NCBI GenBank assembly: GCA_964016885.1
Contig: OZ024742.1
Coordinates: 264,740,001 to 264,804,000 of the forward strand
Direction: 5' to 3'
DNA: 64,000 nt
From: Eledone cirrhosa
Lineage: Eukaryota
Position 1 is the first letter of the stretch. Each line of letters begins with the position of its first letter. A program made the translations under genes and the position numbers. This document shows, piece by piece, positions 30,990 through 43,204 of this stretch. The notes beneath the pieces were generated by a model. That model was not told where the DNA came from. It was given only the letters and a program-made list of their open reading frames with translations, and searched no databases.

Positions 30990-33900
30990 TATATATAATA
31001 ACATGTGATTTGAATGTGATTTCTAGCAAGCCGTGGTGAATAAGATGTAGTGCACAGGAACATATTCAACTGCAATCTACTGCAGAATAAGTCACTTGAA
31101 TATCTTACAAATTTTATTATTTTGATTAATTTATTTTTCACGTTTTTGACACTATTTTTTTCTATAAAACACGGGGGCTGATGTTTAAGTAAAGATATTT
31201 GATGTGATGTTGTGGCATTCATGCTTTCTCTCAAAATCACAAACTCAGGTATCTTCATTTTTTTGTAACAGCTTTTTTTTCCTATTTTAAACATTCTTGT
31301 ATAACAGGTAAGGTATAATTATTGATTTGGTTGGTTGAGAGCATTAGTCCAACTGCTTTGTGGCATTTAGTTATGGCACTGCATTCTGAGTTCAAGTCCC
31401 ATTGTGGTCCACTTTACTTTTCATCTTTCCAGTTTTGATAATAGAAAGTACCAGCCAAGCACTGGAGTCAGTTTAATCAATTTTATTCCCCCACAAATTG
31501 CTGACCATGTGCCTTAATTTGAAACCCTCGTGATATCATTCTTAATATTTTTATCATGTTTCAATTGTTTAGTCCCAGGTCAACCCTGTTTGAGCATTTC
31601 AATGATAATAAACATCCTAAACATGACCATCCCGCCTTTTTTGTATATCTAGGACAACATTGACCAATGTAACCTTACTGTTTTAAAATCAATAGAGTAT
31701 GAATTGAAGGTAATTTGGCTGCTATTTCTAATAGATCAAAAGACTGTTGAAGCTACCTCATTTATGTTTTCCCTATTGTGGATGTTATTACTATTCATGT
31801 TGCTATTGGAATTGTTGTTTTAACTGATGTTAGTGTTTGAAGTAAACAGAGAGGGAGTTTCTGAAGCTTAATTGACTTAAGATTACAATTGTCATCTGGG
31901 AGAAAAACACACTTGACACAATTCTAAATAGATTGCTCTGACCTTATTTTCTAAAAGTACAAAGAAGAAATCAATGGCAGATGTTCAACATTAGTCTGCT
32001 GCCAAACAAGAGAAAGCAGGTTCAAGTACAAGTTGTAAACTAAGTTTCTTATTTCAAGACATCTCTTTGTAGAGTTCTGACTGAAGTGTTATGATATAAA
32101 ATACAATGAAATAAAATAAAATAAGATATCATTATGGAATGTTTAAAACATAGGACATAGGTAAAAGGTTAAAATCTTATTTTTGAAAAAATACATTTCC
32201 TCCTTATTCAACTGATTCGCTGCTTGCATTGTTCTTATCAAATTCTCTTGTTTTTGTGACTATAGTACATCAATTGAGACGACATAATACATTAATTGTG
32301 TTGATATCGCTATTATTATTTGCAGAATCCTTAGAGCATGGGACAACATTCTTTGCCACATTTGCTCCAACTCTCTGTTTTCTGAATTCAAATACCACCA
32401 AGGTCAATTTTGCTTTTAATTCTTTCAATCCACAATGGTAGATTAGTAGAATTTTTAAAGCATTGACTGGTGAGTTCAAATCCTGCTGTGGCCTACTTAT
32501 GTGGTAGATTTAATCTGTCATCTGGTTTAACACCACCACCTGGACATTATTCAGACTAGGTCTCCAGTTTGAGGATACCTTCTTCCTTTTCACTTGCCTT
32601 GAAGGCCCTAAAAAGGGTCTTAGGTACTGCTCTTCCTTCCCTGCCTAAAGATTAAAAAAAATTATGAATATTGTTATTTCAGAACATAGAATACTGAGTT
32701 AATAATTTACTGAACAACCAGCCGAGGGACTAGGGTTCATATCCTAACACCAGTACTACATATGTCCTTCGTCGAAGAGATACTCCTGATGGTATAAATC
32801 TATGACTGTCAATGGTGGAATTTGACAAGGGATTCCGTTTCTGAATTCAATTTTTGCCTATTGGAAAAGGTTTTCATGATTAATTAAGAAGAGATTTGCT
32901 TAAAATTCAGAAAACAAACTTTAGGATCTTTGATTGTTTCTACTTTTGGCACAAGGCCAGCAATTATCCCTGTGCATTACTGGTACTTTATTTTATCGAC
33001 CCCATAAGGATGAGAGGTAAAGTTAACCTCGGGTGGATTTGAACTCAGACCATAAAGGGCCGTAACTCTTTACCAATACTGATTAATATTAATGATGATA
33101 ATGGGCACCTGACATATTGTGTTGATGGTACGTCTATCATTCTCTGCACTCTTGGTTCAAATCCTGTTGAGGTCAACTTTGTCTTTCACCCTTTTGGTAT
33201 GAGTAAAATAAAATATCAATTGAGGGCCGGGGATTGATGAAGTTGTTAGTATGATAGACGAGATGCCTTGTGGTATTCATTGCAGCTTTTTGTGTTATCT
33301 ACTTTGGTGGTTGACTGAGTTTGTGACCTAGTTTAACACAACTATCGACTATTGTTGCAGAGTCTGCTCTCTTGCAAACATTTGAACTGGATCTCCCATT
33401 TAAGGATACTTTTCTCCTTTTTTAATAATCTCAGCCACTCTGAAAAGGGTCATAATCACTGCTGTTCTCTCTATGAGGAAATATTTAAAAAAACAGGTCA
33501 AACATTAATTAGCATACTTAGAGTAAACTGATACTGTTAGAAATAATGGTAGTAGTGATGATGATGATGGTAGTGATGATAGTGTTTGTTCTGGTAAATA
33601 AGATGATTTTCATTGACAATTATACTGATAATGGTAGTGATAGTGACTGGTAGTGGGTCATGATAGTGAAAATAGCAGTAGTGGTTGTTATAGTAGTGAA
33701 TGTGGGTGTAAGTGGCTGTTATGGTAATAAAAGTAGTGGTTGTTATGGTACTGAAATTGATGGTTACAGCCACAACAGCAGTAGAAGGAGAATGAATGGT
33801 AGGAGTACATTTAGAACATAGTAATGATTTTATGATAAGTGTGGATAAAGATGACTATGATAATATATTAACAATGATAAGAAGAAAGACATCGATAACA

Positions 33901-34172
33901 CATTTATTTTACTTTATTCTCTATCTGTTATTATATGAAGTCCTCTTTAAGTAGGGGTCACTCAAAGAGGGTTGCATTATTAACTGGAAGTTACCAATAA
34001 GAATAGGTCAGGTGCAACAGAATTAAATTTAGAGTTAAATTTAGAGTTAGATTTAGAATTCGAATATTTATTGAATTACAGAACCAATTTGTCATCACAA
34101 TCATCATCACCACCACCACAACCAACACCGACATGTTTTACATCACCCTCATCAATGGACTCTATTGCAGAA

Positions 34173-34482
34173 TCATCATCATCATCATCATCATTTTACG
34201 TCCGCTTTTCCCTGCTTGCAAGGGTTGGACGAGAACTGATTCTGGCTTGATTTCTACAGCTGGATGCGCTTCCTAGCACCAACCTCATTTACAGTGAGTG
34301 CTGGGTGCTTTTTTGCCGTGGTGTCTAGACGTCCACTTTACAGTGAGTGGTGGGTGCTTTTTTGCCGTGGCACCTCCACGACCACATTGCAGTGGAATGA
34401 TAGGGAACCCAGTCCTATCATTTCATTTCTACAGCTGAGTAAACTGGAGCAATGTGAAATAAAGTGTCTTGCTCAAGGAAAC
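34173..34482 (-). mobile_element. CORE-type SINE with RTE tail (head missing)
   Basis: Reverse-complement homolog of 52560-53003, with (CAT)n at its 3' end. Confidence 0.8.
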
Positions 34483-35561
34483 AGAATACCTGAGCAAACT
34501 GTTTTCAACCAGAAATAAATATAGGAAGGCAACTTTCATTACAGTAAATATTTTTAGTGTTACTCTGTAAATACTCGTTAAAAATAATGGTTTCTAATTT
34601 AGGCATAAAGCAAACAATTTGGAGAAAAACAATGTGTATTCAATAATGAAAGTATCAGTAGAATATTATTTCATTTTCTATGTTAGTATCTATTTACTGT
34701 GATAAAAGTTTTCTTCCTTTTTTTCTGCTTCAATATTGAAAATAGTTCTCACAGATATTATACCATTTAGCAGAGTCCATTGATATTGTTTCCATTTCAA
34801 TCATCACCATCATTATCATTGTTGTTCACATCACCATCATCAACACTTTCACTATTGTTATCATCCTCACCCTTATTAATCCCTCTATCAACACAGCTCT
34901 ACCTCAAGATCTTTCACACAGTCACCACTGACACATTTCCATCAGCAATATTTGTCTGGCACCTCTCACAATGGTTTCTACCTTTTCTGGCAGAGAGTAG
35001 ACTGTTCTAGATCTAGAGAATCCGATTGGAATTGAAAAAACTTATAAGATATCAACAGACTTTTGATCAGGAAGGACTATAGCACAAAACTTCAATTATA
35101 TACTAAACTATTACTGCTGCTGTTGCTGCTGCTGCTAATAATAATAATAATAATGATTTCTTATATAGGCACAAGGCCAGCAATTTTGGGGAGGGGAAAG
35201 TCGATTAAATCGACCCCAATGCGTGACTGGTACTTCATTTTATCGACCCCGTAAGGATGAAAGGCAAAGTTAACCTCGGCGGGATTAATAATAATAATAA
35301 TAATAATAATCATTTCTTTATTAACCACAAGGGTTTACATAAAGTAGACATTAAGGACAGTGCAGGACAATGCAGGACGGTACAAATGGGCATTTCTGCG
35401 TGTAAAAAAACAAAAACAGAGGATGTAACAAAAAATAACAATGAAAAATTCCCCAATAGGGGGGAGACTTCGGAGGGACATTTGTGGAGAAAGCCCAGTA
35501 AAAAGCCACAGTGACCCTGACCACCAAGGCAAGTGCCCTCTCCCAGTTTTCCACCTTTAAT

Positions 35562-38500
35562 TTACAGATATATACTCAGAGTAGGCCCATTCACTCGGGC
35601 CATTCTTGCTTCTCTCACCCATCTTTCAACAAAATGCTGGGAAGAGAGCACTTCCCTTTCTACTCTGATTTTCCTTTTCAAATGAAATTTGAAAAAGTCA
35701 ATCAGAGCATCACCGAAGAGGTAAGTGCTCGTCTTCAGCCCTTTCAAACGTGTCCACCATACTATCTCTTTCGCCATGGCCACCAGACAGATAAAAACTG
35801 CCTGCCCTTCCCGGCTAAAGGAGGAGGGCGGGGCAATCCTCACGATGGACTCAGATGATAGCCGGATCCGTCCTAAACGCTCCAGCAGGTGTTCGACATA
35901 AACCCACAAGTCAGCAATTTTCGGACACTGGACGAGTGTGTGCAGGACGGTTTCGTCGCCCTGCGCGCATCTCGGACATGCCTGGCTGACGGCACCTCCA
36001 TGCTTGTAGAGTTTATCCCGAACTGGCAAGGCTCCTCGGTAGCACTGCCAGGCCAGAGATTTCTGGAAGTTGTCCATAGGCCCTGGCCCGAAAGTTCTTC
36101 CGAAGAGATTGGCTAGTTGATTTTCGTCGACGCCTAGAGTTTCCCCAAGTACGTCGTCGCTCTTCCCCTCCACTAATCCTCTATAGAACGCCGAGGTGGA
36201 GTTTCCACCGATCACATTGCCCGATTGGTCGAGGGCTGTGAGCGCCTGAAGACATTCCAGTCTCCAGGCGCTCCCTCTCGGTCTTCGCTTGACCCAGGAC
36301 TGCAGCTCCGTCAAGGAAACGAGCTGGGGAAATACGTGTCTAGCAAACGGCGACCACACCTGATCACCGTCGAGGAAGAGGTGGAGATGTCGTAGCCTGA
36401 GCGCGTGCCTGCGCATCATCAGCCACGGCATGCCCAGCCCTCCACGTAGCGGGTGTTGACAACAGATGGACCGCCTGACCATCGGAGCGCGTCCCTTCCG
36501 CAAAAAGCGAAAGAGCAAACGCTCCAGCGCAGTCAGGCGAGGCTTAGGACAAGATACGACGGTCAGGCGGTAGCAGATGACAGACGCGATGTACGCGTTA
36601 GCCACCTCCGCTCGACCTTTCAGGGATAGCTTCCTCTCCGCCCATTTCTGGGTGAGAGAAGCCACCCTACTCGTCACCTCGTCCCAGTTTTTGTCCGTCT
36701 GTAGGTCCGGACCGAACCAGACCCCTAGCAATTTAACCGGTCCGTCCGTCCAGCGTCCGACGACGCTGTTGGACAGCATGGACCTGCCTCTCCAGGTGCC
36801 GAGCTGCAGGCCCACTGACTTTTCCTGGTTGATCATTGCTCCTGTCACCGCTTCGTATTCTCTTAGTGTAGTGCCGATCGCCTCGATGTGTTTGGCGTTC
36901 GACACCACTACGGTGACATCGTCCGAATATGCTGACACGGATCTTCCGCATCCTAGTTCGCGCGGGACGCCCCTCAACGTCTCCAGTTTGTGCAGTAATT
37001 GCTCGAGAGTCAATACGTACAAGAGGGACGAGAGGGGACATCCTTGGCGGACCGAGCGCATGATGTTGAACGGTTCCGACAGGTGACCGTTCACTCTCAC
37101 CACAGAGCAGATGTCGCTGTGCATGGCAGCGATCCAGCCTCTGAAGACGGGCCCAAAGCCAGCCGCCCTCAGGACTGTCGCTAGGTAACGATGGTCGACC
37201 CTATCGAAAGCTTTCGACTGATCTAAATTGATCAAGGACCCACCCGTGCCAGGTTCCCTAGCTACCCTCTCTACGATGTATCGCATGAGGTGGAGGTTGT
37301 CGTGGATGGATCTGTCGGGAATGGCGCATGTCTGCGCCTCTCCCACCAGACCACCAACGACAAGCGCCAACGTCTTTGCTAGCACCTTGGCCAAAATCTT
37401 GAACTCTGTGTCTAGCAGATTTATGGGCCGGAAATTATCTATGTTATCCCCCTTGTTCGGATCCTTTCTCAGCAGTGCCACCGCTCCTCGGCTCACAGAA
37501 CAGGGAATTCTCCCGTTCTGTTGCCAGTTGCAGTAGACGTCCGCCAAGAGGCCTCCGAACAAGTCTGGCATCTGTACGTAAAGTTCATAGGGCACACCAT
37601 CCAAACCAGGCGATTTACCCCTTGTGCAGCCAGTCATTGCCTCCCTTACTTCAGCGGCTGTTATCAGCTTTTCGCAACACTTCGCCTCAGTGGCCGAGAG
37701 CCGCGGCAGTCCGTCGAGGTAGACACTAAAGTCCATCCCTCGACCCGGCCCACCGCTGCCCCCGAACAGCTGAGCGAAGTGTCGCTGAAAAGCTTCACAC
37801 ATTTGCCCGGGATCGAGTAGCATGCGCCCGTCGTGGTCCACCAAAGACCGGATCGTGGCTTTGTTGCCACGACGCGCCTCCGCCACTCGGGCCCATTGAA
37901 CGGCTTTCGTCCCCTCGTGTCTGAGAGCACGCACCCTTGCTCTGACAACGCAGCCTTCGTGCTTTGCATTGAAGAATTGGTCAAGAGCCAATTTCGCCGC
38001 AAGCACGTCGGTCGCAATGCCTTTGCTAAGCGCCTCGTCTAATTTTCTAACTAGTTCTCCCTCTGCTCTATTTTTCTCTATTGCTAAAGCCTTACAAAAC
38101 GTAATGGATTCTATTCTAATCGCTCTTTTCAGTGCAAACCACCATTTGTTGTTGACGATGGCCCCCGTCAACGCCCGCTTAACTAGTTCGCTAATCCGGT
38201 CTCTGTAGGCCTTGCGCGCTGGTAAGGACGCGTTTAGCTTCCAGTAGCCGGGTCCTCGTCTATGGAGCCTATCTAAGTCAAGCACACAGATCACGAATTT
38301 GTGGTCCGTGTAGCTGACTATCTTGAATTGTGGACAGCCTATGCTAGACCTATCTATTTCCCTACAAAATACTCTATCTAGATATGATCTGGATGACCCT
38401 ATGCGATTTGTCCAAGTCCACATTGGCACATTCGGGAAATCCAATCGGTACCTGTCAGACAGTTCAAAACGCCTGAGCAGGTTGGTGAGGCTCTTGCACC

Positions 38501-38981
38501 CTCCACCCCTATCCGCTAATCCCACACAGTCCCAGCGTGCATCTAAGATCCCGTTCCAGTCGCCCACTAACACTAAAGAGCGGGACGTTCCAAGAAAGGT
38601 CTGCAGACGCCGGAAGAAATCAGGCCGCCCTGCTCCTGTCGGGGCATAGACGGCCACTAGCCTGAAAGCTTGCCCGTCTCCACTGGTCACGTCCAGCACC
38701 ACCAGCTTACCCTCTGGGTCCAGGAAGATGGCCCGTATGGCGAGATCCAAACCTCTCCGAAAAAGCACAGCAACTCCTCCCCCCGATCTAGGACGGCTGG
38801 GAGATGCGTACACATCGTAGCCGCCGAAGATCGGTGCGAAGGCCCGTGCTTCGGAGATTCTGGTCTCGCTGATGGCCACTACATCTATGTTTAGTGACCT
38901 GAGGTCGTTGAGCAGGTGACCCTGCTTCCATGACGACCCCAAGTCACGCGCATTTATGCTGCCTATTCTGAGTGAGGTCAT
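35562..38981 (-). CDS. Tx1/L1 ORF2: APE endonuclease + reverse transcriptase + C-terminal CCHC
   Basis: 1139 aa. SETR, VAVYAP, VGDWN, SYLDR, YTDH (EN). KSPGLDG, FRPINLL, LDQSKAFD, RQGCPLS, AYSDD (RT). CPRC-x8-HTLVQC. Confidence 0.95.
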   Translation of the reverse strand: MTSLRIGSINARDLGSSWKQGHLLNDLRSLNIDVVAISETRISEARAFAPIFGGYDVYASPSRPRSGGGVAVLFRRGLDLAIRAIFLDPEGKLVVLDVTSGDGQAFRLVAVYAPTGAGRPDFFRRLQTFLGTSRSLVLVGDWNGILDARWDCVGLADRGGGCKSLTNLLRRFELSDRYRLDFPNVPMWTWTNRIGSSRSYLDRVFCREIDRSSIGCPQFKIVSYTDHKFVICVLDLDRLHRRGPGYWKLNASLPARKAYRDRISELVKRALTGAIVNNKWWFALKRAIRIESITFCKALAIEKNRAEGELVRKLDEALSKGIATDVLAAKLALDQFFNAKHEGCVVRARVRALRHEGTKAVQWARVAEARRGNKATIRSLVDHDGRMLLDPGQMCEAFQRHFAQLFGGSGGPGRGMDFSVYLDGLPRLSATEAKCCEKLITAAEVREAMTGCTRGKSPGLDGVPYELYVQMPDLFGGLLADVYCNWQQNGRIPCSVSRGAVALLRKDPNKGDNIDNFRPINLLDTEFKILAKVLAKTLALVVGGLVGEAQTCAIPDRSIHDNLHLMRYIVERVAREPGTGGSLINLDQSKAFDRVDHRYLATVLRAAGFGPVFRGWIAAMHSDICSVVRVNGHLSEPFNIMRSVRQGCPLSSLLYVLTLEQLLHKLETLRGVPRELGCGRSVSAYSDDVTVVVSNAKHIEAIGTTLREYEAVTGAMINQEKSVGLQLGTWRGRSMLSNSVVGRWTDGPVKLLGVWFGPDLQTDKNWDEVTSRVASLTQKWAERKLSLKGRAEVANAYIASVICYRLTVVSCPKPRLTALERLLFRFLRKGRAPMVRRSICCQHPLRGGLGMPWLMMRRHALRLRHLHLFLDGDQVWSPFARHVFPQLVSLTELQSWVKRRPRGSAWRLECLQALTALDQSGNVIGGNSTSAFYRGLVEGKSDDVLGETLGVDENQLANLFGRTFGPGPMDNFQKSLAWQCYRGALPVRDKLYKHGGAVSQACPRCAQGDETVLHTLVQCPKIADLWVYVEHLLERLGRIRLSSESIVRIAPPSSFSREGQAVFICLVAMAKEIVWWTRLKGLKTSTYLFGDALIDFFKFHLKRKIRVEREVLSSQHFVERWVREARMARVNGPTLSIYL

Positions 38982-39016
38982 GTTTAAAATAGAGTGGAAA
39001 AGATGGGAAAGACCAC

Positions 39017-41122
39017 TTACCGTACTTTTGGTAGAGGAGAGATGGTTTTTACATCCCTTTTCACTTGATCGTCTGGTGAAGGGACCGTTGAATCGTCCCT
39101 TCGGCTGGTCGTCGGCTCTTCTATGAGAATGTCTGAATATACTCTTCGATTGATAGTTCCTCCTAGGTCCCTGAAATCACCAACTGCGTTGGGGAATTTC
39201 GTTTTAATGTTTGTGTATTGTTTCTGTGCTATTTTTAGCAGTCTTATGTTAGTTGGCGTTTTGATTGGTGCTGGTATTATGTAGTCGTGTTGTGAAATGT
39301 CTGTGTGTTCAATTATGTAAGTCATTAGTTTCTTGTGTGTATTTATTGCTATGCATTTGTTTTTCTGGGGGTGGGGTGTGGTTCTGCTATTTTCTTGTCG
39401 TTGTTGCTGGGTGTGTGTGTTTTGTTGTTGTGTTTGCGATGTTGGTGTTTGTGGTGGTGGTGTTGAAGGTGTTGTTGGTGGTGGGGTTGTCGCCGGTGGT
39501 GATGGTGGTGCTAGTGTGGGTGGTGATGGTGTTGGTGGTGTTGCTGCTGTGGGTCTCTTTACAGTCGACTTTACCCTTTTCTCATTTCTTTCCTCCCTTT
39601 TCAAAGGCGACGATGCGCTGCTTCTGCGTTTGTGCTTTCTTACGACCTTTTGCCATCCCTCTCCCACCTCACACTCCATGTCTGATTCTGTGAGGTCGGG
39701 GAGGGGTACCAGCTCCACTCTTTCACTTGTTGTTGTTGGTGATGTTTGCACTGGAGTCTCTGTTGCAGCTGCATTTGGTATTGCTGTTGTTGTTGTTAAT
39801 ATTTCCACTGCTGCTGCTGTTTTTGATTTCCGTGGCGTGGGTATGGGTGCCACGGACCTATCGTTCCTGGTTGCCGCTTGTCCTGTTGCTGGTAGCCGTG
39901 GAGCCGGTTTCGGAAGGAGGGGGGTTTTCTCCTTTCTCAGGGTCTTCTCGTTGCAGAAGGCCCTGAGGTGAGTCTTCGATCCACAGCGAAAGCATTTCGG
40001 GCGTTTTCCCTCAACACTTATGGGTATGGGCAGTTGAGTGCCGTTATCGAAGTCTATCACATCCGGGATAGCTTCGATGCACTCCTGGTTGGTTTGGATT
40101 AGCATCTCAATGGAGGTGCCGACCCAATCTTCTCTTACTTTTTTCTGTACTTGCAGTACAGTTGTTTTGTCCTCGATTCCGACGAGGACAGACGCGGCCA
40201 GCCAAGAAGAGGACATCCCGGGGGGGACGTGGGTCAGTTTGACCCTCACAATTTTTTGCCCGCAGTAGGAGGGCACCAACACCATTTCCTCGCTCCTTAG
40301 GGTCACTACGGATTGGGCCTTTGCCTCCTGGGGTGTGGCAAAAAGTACGTCTACGGTGGCATATTTTTTGTCTCGGGTGATGTGCGTTTTCCGCTGCCAC
40401 ACAGACCCCAAGGCTTTTTGTATTTGAGCCTCTGTGGCTCTTTCCACCCTACGGGATTTTGTACTTACTGTACGGTACGTGACCGTACAGTGCTGTTGGG
40501 TTTCGAAACATTTTTCCGCTGCCTTGCAGATTGCTCGGTGTCCAGTCTTTGTCACCATCTTCTTCGCTTCCTCTAATTCCTCATTTGTTATGAGGATTGT
40601 TTCCAAGTTTTTCGCAATACCTGCAAATGAGATTGGTTTTTCTTTGCTGCTGTTGTTGTTGTTGTCGTCAGAGCTGCTGTTACTTTTGTTGTTGCTGCAG
40701 GTACTACGACTACTGCCTCCGCCGCTGTTGCTGTGGTTGTTGTTGGTGTTGCTGCTGCTAATGCTGTTGTTGTTTATGCTGCTGGTGATGCTGTTGCGGC
40801 TGCTACTGTTGTTTTCATTGTCACTGTTGCTGTTGTTATTACGGCTGCTACTGCTATTATTCCTGACGTCAGACGAATGAACTGGGTTTTCGTATTTCCC
40901 GCACACCTGTTTCGTCGCTGTCGTCGTCGTCGTGGAGAAACCTTGCACGCTTTGCACGAGACTTTTCTTTTCTTTCGTCGCTTGCGAAAGAGAAGGGAGG
41001 GAGAGAGACACATTTAAAGAAGGGAGGGAGAGAGACAATCTTCTCTCTGCTGTAGTGATGATTGAGGAAGAAGAAGACGGAATGAGTGGGAGTGACCTAT
41101 GAAAATTCTTTTTCGTAGCCAT
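39017..41122 (-). CDS. Tx1/L1 ORF1 (gag-like nucleic-acid-binding protein with zinc knuckle)
   Basis: Open 701 aa from MATKK. CFRCGSKTHLRAFC (CX2CX4HX4C) preceded by ISVEG. N/S- and P/T-rich tracts. Directly upstream of ORF2. Confidence 0.85.
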   Translation of the reverse strand: MATKKNFHRSLPLIPSSSSSIITTAERRLSLSLPSLNVSLSLPSLSQATKEKKSLVQSVQGFSTTTTTATKQVCGKYENPVHSSDVRNNSSSSRNNNSNSDNENNSSSRNSITSSINNNSISSSNTNNNHSNSGGGSSRSTCSNNKSNSSSDDNNNNSSKEKPISFAGIAKNLETILITNEELEEAKKMVTKTGHRAICKAAEKCFETQQHCTVTYRTVSTKSRRVERATEAQIQKALGSVWQRKTHITRDKKYATVDVLFATPQEAKAQSVVTLRSEEMVLVPSYCGQKIVRVKLTHVPPGMSSSWLAASVLVGIEDKTTVLQVQKKVREDWVGTSIEMLIQTNQECIEAIPDVIDFDNGTQLPIPISVEGKRPKCFRCGSKTHLRAFCNEKTLRKEKTPLLPKPAPRLPATGQAATRNDRSVAPIPTPRKSKTAAAVEILTTTTAIPNAAATETPVQTSPTTTSERVELVPLPDLTESDMECEVGEGWQKVVRKHKRRSSASSPLKREERNEKRVKSTVKRPTAATPPTPSPPTLAPPSPPATTPPPTTPSTPPPQTPTSQTQQQNTHTQQQRQENSRTTPHPQKNKCIAINTHKKLMTYIIEHTDISQHDYIIPAPIKTPTNIRLLKIAQKQYTNIKTKFPNAVGDFRDLGGTINRRVYSDILIEEPTTSRRDDSTVPSPDDQVKRDVKTISPLPKVR

Positions 41123-41338
41123 GTTTTTTTTTTTGTTTAAAATAAATATTGGGCACAAAACCCCAATAAGCAGTTATTTAACCCCGAAGGGCCAAATAAC
41201 GGACAGAAAGACCCCTCTCACAAGGAGGAGGGTGTGTTTGTCTACAAGTTGGTAAAAGTTTTAAACAATTTACAATTGTTATAGCGTTCAAAATTTACAA
41301 TACCTTACAGAGCCGAGCCTCCGTCAACCATAGCATTC

Positions 41339-41371
<33 letters not shown>

Positions 41372-41553
41372 TACTAAGGAAGATTCTGTCAATATAAGTA
41401 CATCACAAGTCGAAACACCTAAAGATGCATGTGTGTGTATGTATGTTCTTTCTTGAACATGGCGGACCTTGTTGTCTCTTGAGGTAACTGATTGTGACTT
41501 GGTGATAACTTGTATGAACATAAAGCAAGATAAATGCAACTGTAATAATAATG

Positions 41554-41597
<44 letters not shown>

Positions 41598-41598
41598 C

Positions 41599-41923
41599 AT
41601 ACGAGAGTGCAAGAGGAGGAGAGGGAGAAAATTAACCGATGCCAGGACTTAAAGTGGGAGGTAAAAAGGATTTGGAACTGCCATGAAGTCAAAGTGGTCC
41701 CGATTGTCATAGGCGCACTAGGTACTATCTCAAAAAGTTTCCAGGGATAGTTAAAGAAAATTGGCCCCGCCACGCTTTTTGGAACGCTTCAAAAGGCATG
41801 CTTACTGGGAACAGCAAGAACCCTCCGATACGTCCTGAATATCTGAGGCTGCAAGTAGTGGCTTGATATTCATTTCAACAAACTTTCCAGTTAACTAACA
41901 TCAATGACTGAGACTCAAAGAAC
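41599..41923 (+). mobile_element. 5'-truncated R4/Dong-clade (RLE) LINE between (TAA)n tracts
   Basis: EEEREKINRCQDLKWEVKRIW..VVPIVIGALG..LQKACLLGTARTLRYVL. (AAT)n at 41543-41598 and 41924-41945. Confidence 0.8.
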
Positions 41924-41947
41924 AATAATAATAATAATAATAATAAA

Positions 41948-42115
41948 GTACCCATACTCTGGGATGTGCCAATATACAGTGACAGAGATCAAAGCCAACT
42001 GACAAGATATTACTATCTAAGGCCACAAAGAAAATAAATGTCTTTTAATGGACATATCAATCACCTCAGATGACAATTTATCGGTGAAGGAAATAGAGAA
42101 ATTATTCAAATACTA
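41948..42115 (+). mobile_element. Decayed R4/Dong RLE fragment
   Basis: Remnants ILWDVPIYSDR..KAN.QDI..KENKCLLMDISITSDDNLSVKEIEKLFKY. The continuation (KDLEIEIT) appears to resume near 43225. Confidence 0.6.
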
Positions 42116-42408
42116 GCATTAAAGCCTGACGTTGCTCGGGGTCAGTAAGTTATCAAAGTTAGGTTGCACCACCCATTTTATGGCAGCACTTTTTTGTCTG
42201 CCAGGCACTGGGTGAATGAATTGCAGACCTGGACTGCCGAAGCAGGAGCTGCGCCAGCAGTGACAATTGTAGTTTCGCCTATGGATATTATCTCTGTGCA
42301 AAGAAGTGTTGAAATTTATTGTTTCACAGTACTTGCGCAACACGCACGTAGATGGTGCCAGCCGAACAACAGAGCTGTGATGGAGTTGTTCTGCATCGTT
42401 GTCTAATG

Positions 42409-42594
42409 TGTGTTTTCTAAATTTAAGACAGTAGGGAGGGGTGTGATATGGGGGAGAGTTAGCTGCTGTTTCTAGCAGGTTTAGTGACCTCATAGAGGAT
42501 ATGTGTTTTCTAAATTTAAGACAGTAGGAAGGGGTGTGATATGGGGGAGAGTTATCTGCTGTTTCTAACAGGTTTAGTGACCTCATAGAGGATA
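42409..42594. repeat. 93-bp direct duplication of an interspersed-repeat fragment
   Basis: tgtgttttctaaatttaagacagtagg...gacctcatagaggata twice. Related pieces near 24900, 31680 and 50200. Confidence 0.85.
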
Positions 42595-42801
42595 TTATTG
42601 TGTATAGTAAATAAACTGATACTTCTTTCTTCCACGTTCGTTGAGAGATGTTTTAAAAAAGATTTTATCGGTATTTTTGTTGTTGTTGAATAAATTATCT
42701 GTTGCTTTTGAATAATTGTTGTTTGGTATGAAATGTAATAAGTTCTCTTCGTTGTCATTGAAGTAAATAAATGTTTGACCATTCCACACTCAAAAACAAA
42801 T

Positions 42802-42853
<52 letters not shown>

Positions 42854-43145
42854 TCATTTCTTTCTCTCTTCTTTCTTCCGAGTTCCTAAAGGAAGTTTGT
42901 AAGTTTAAGCGTATATAAGAGAAAGTTGCAGCATGTATGAAGTTTTATCGAATTTTAAGGGGAGTAGAGAGAGGGGTAAAGCGTCCTGTATTTGTCGATT
43001 ATTCCCGTAATTGTGGGTGATTTGGAAATAAATAAATAGTTGTTGACCTAAATTAGACCATTTACAACATTCATACAGACTTTGAGTCGAATCAGCTTGA
43101 AATTGTGCAAATGTATAAACATGGAACATGCACACACACACACAC

Positions 43146-43204
<59 letters not shown>

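Larger units (their letters stand above)
35311..41338 (-). mobile_element. Near full-length L1-clade (Tx1-like) non-LTR retrotransposon flanked by (AAT)n
   Basis: Two long intact ORFs, a 35-nt spacer, AATAAA near the 3' end (35317-35322), and (AAT)n at 35286-35310 and 41339-41371. Confidence 0.92.

Noticed and set aside
35889-41017. Plus-strand ORFs antisense to the Tx1 element
   Set aside because: Shadow ORFs of GC-rich coding sequence with no motifs.
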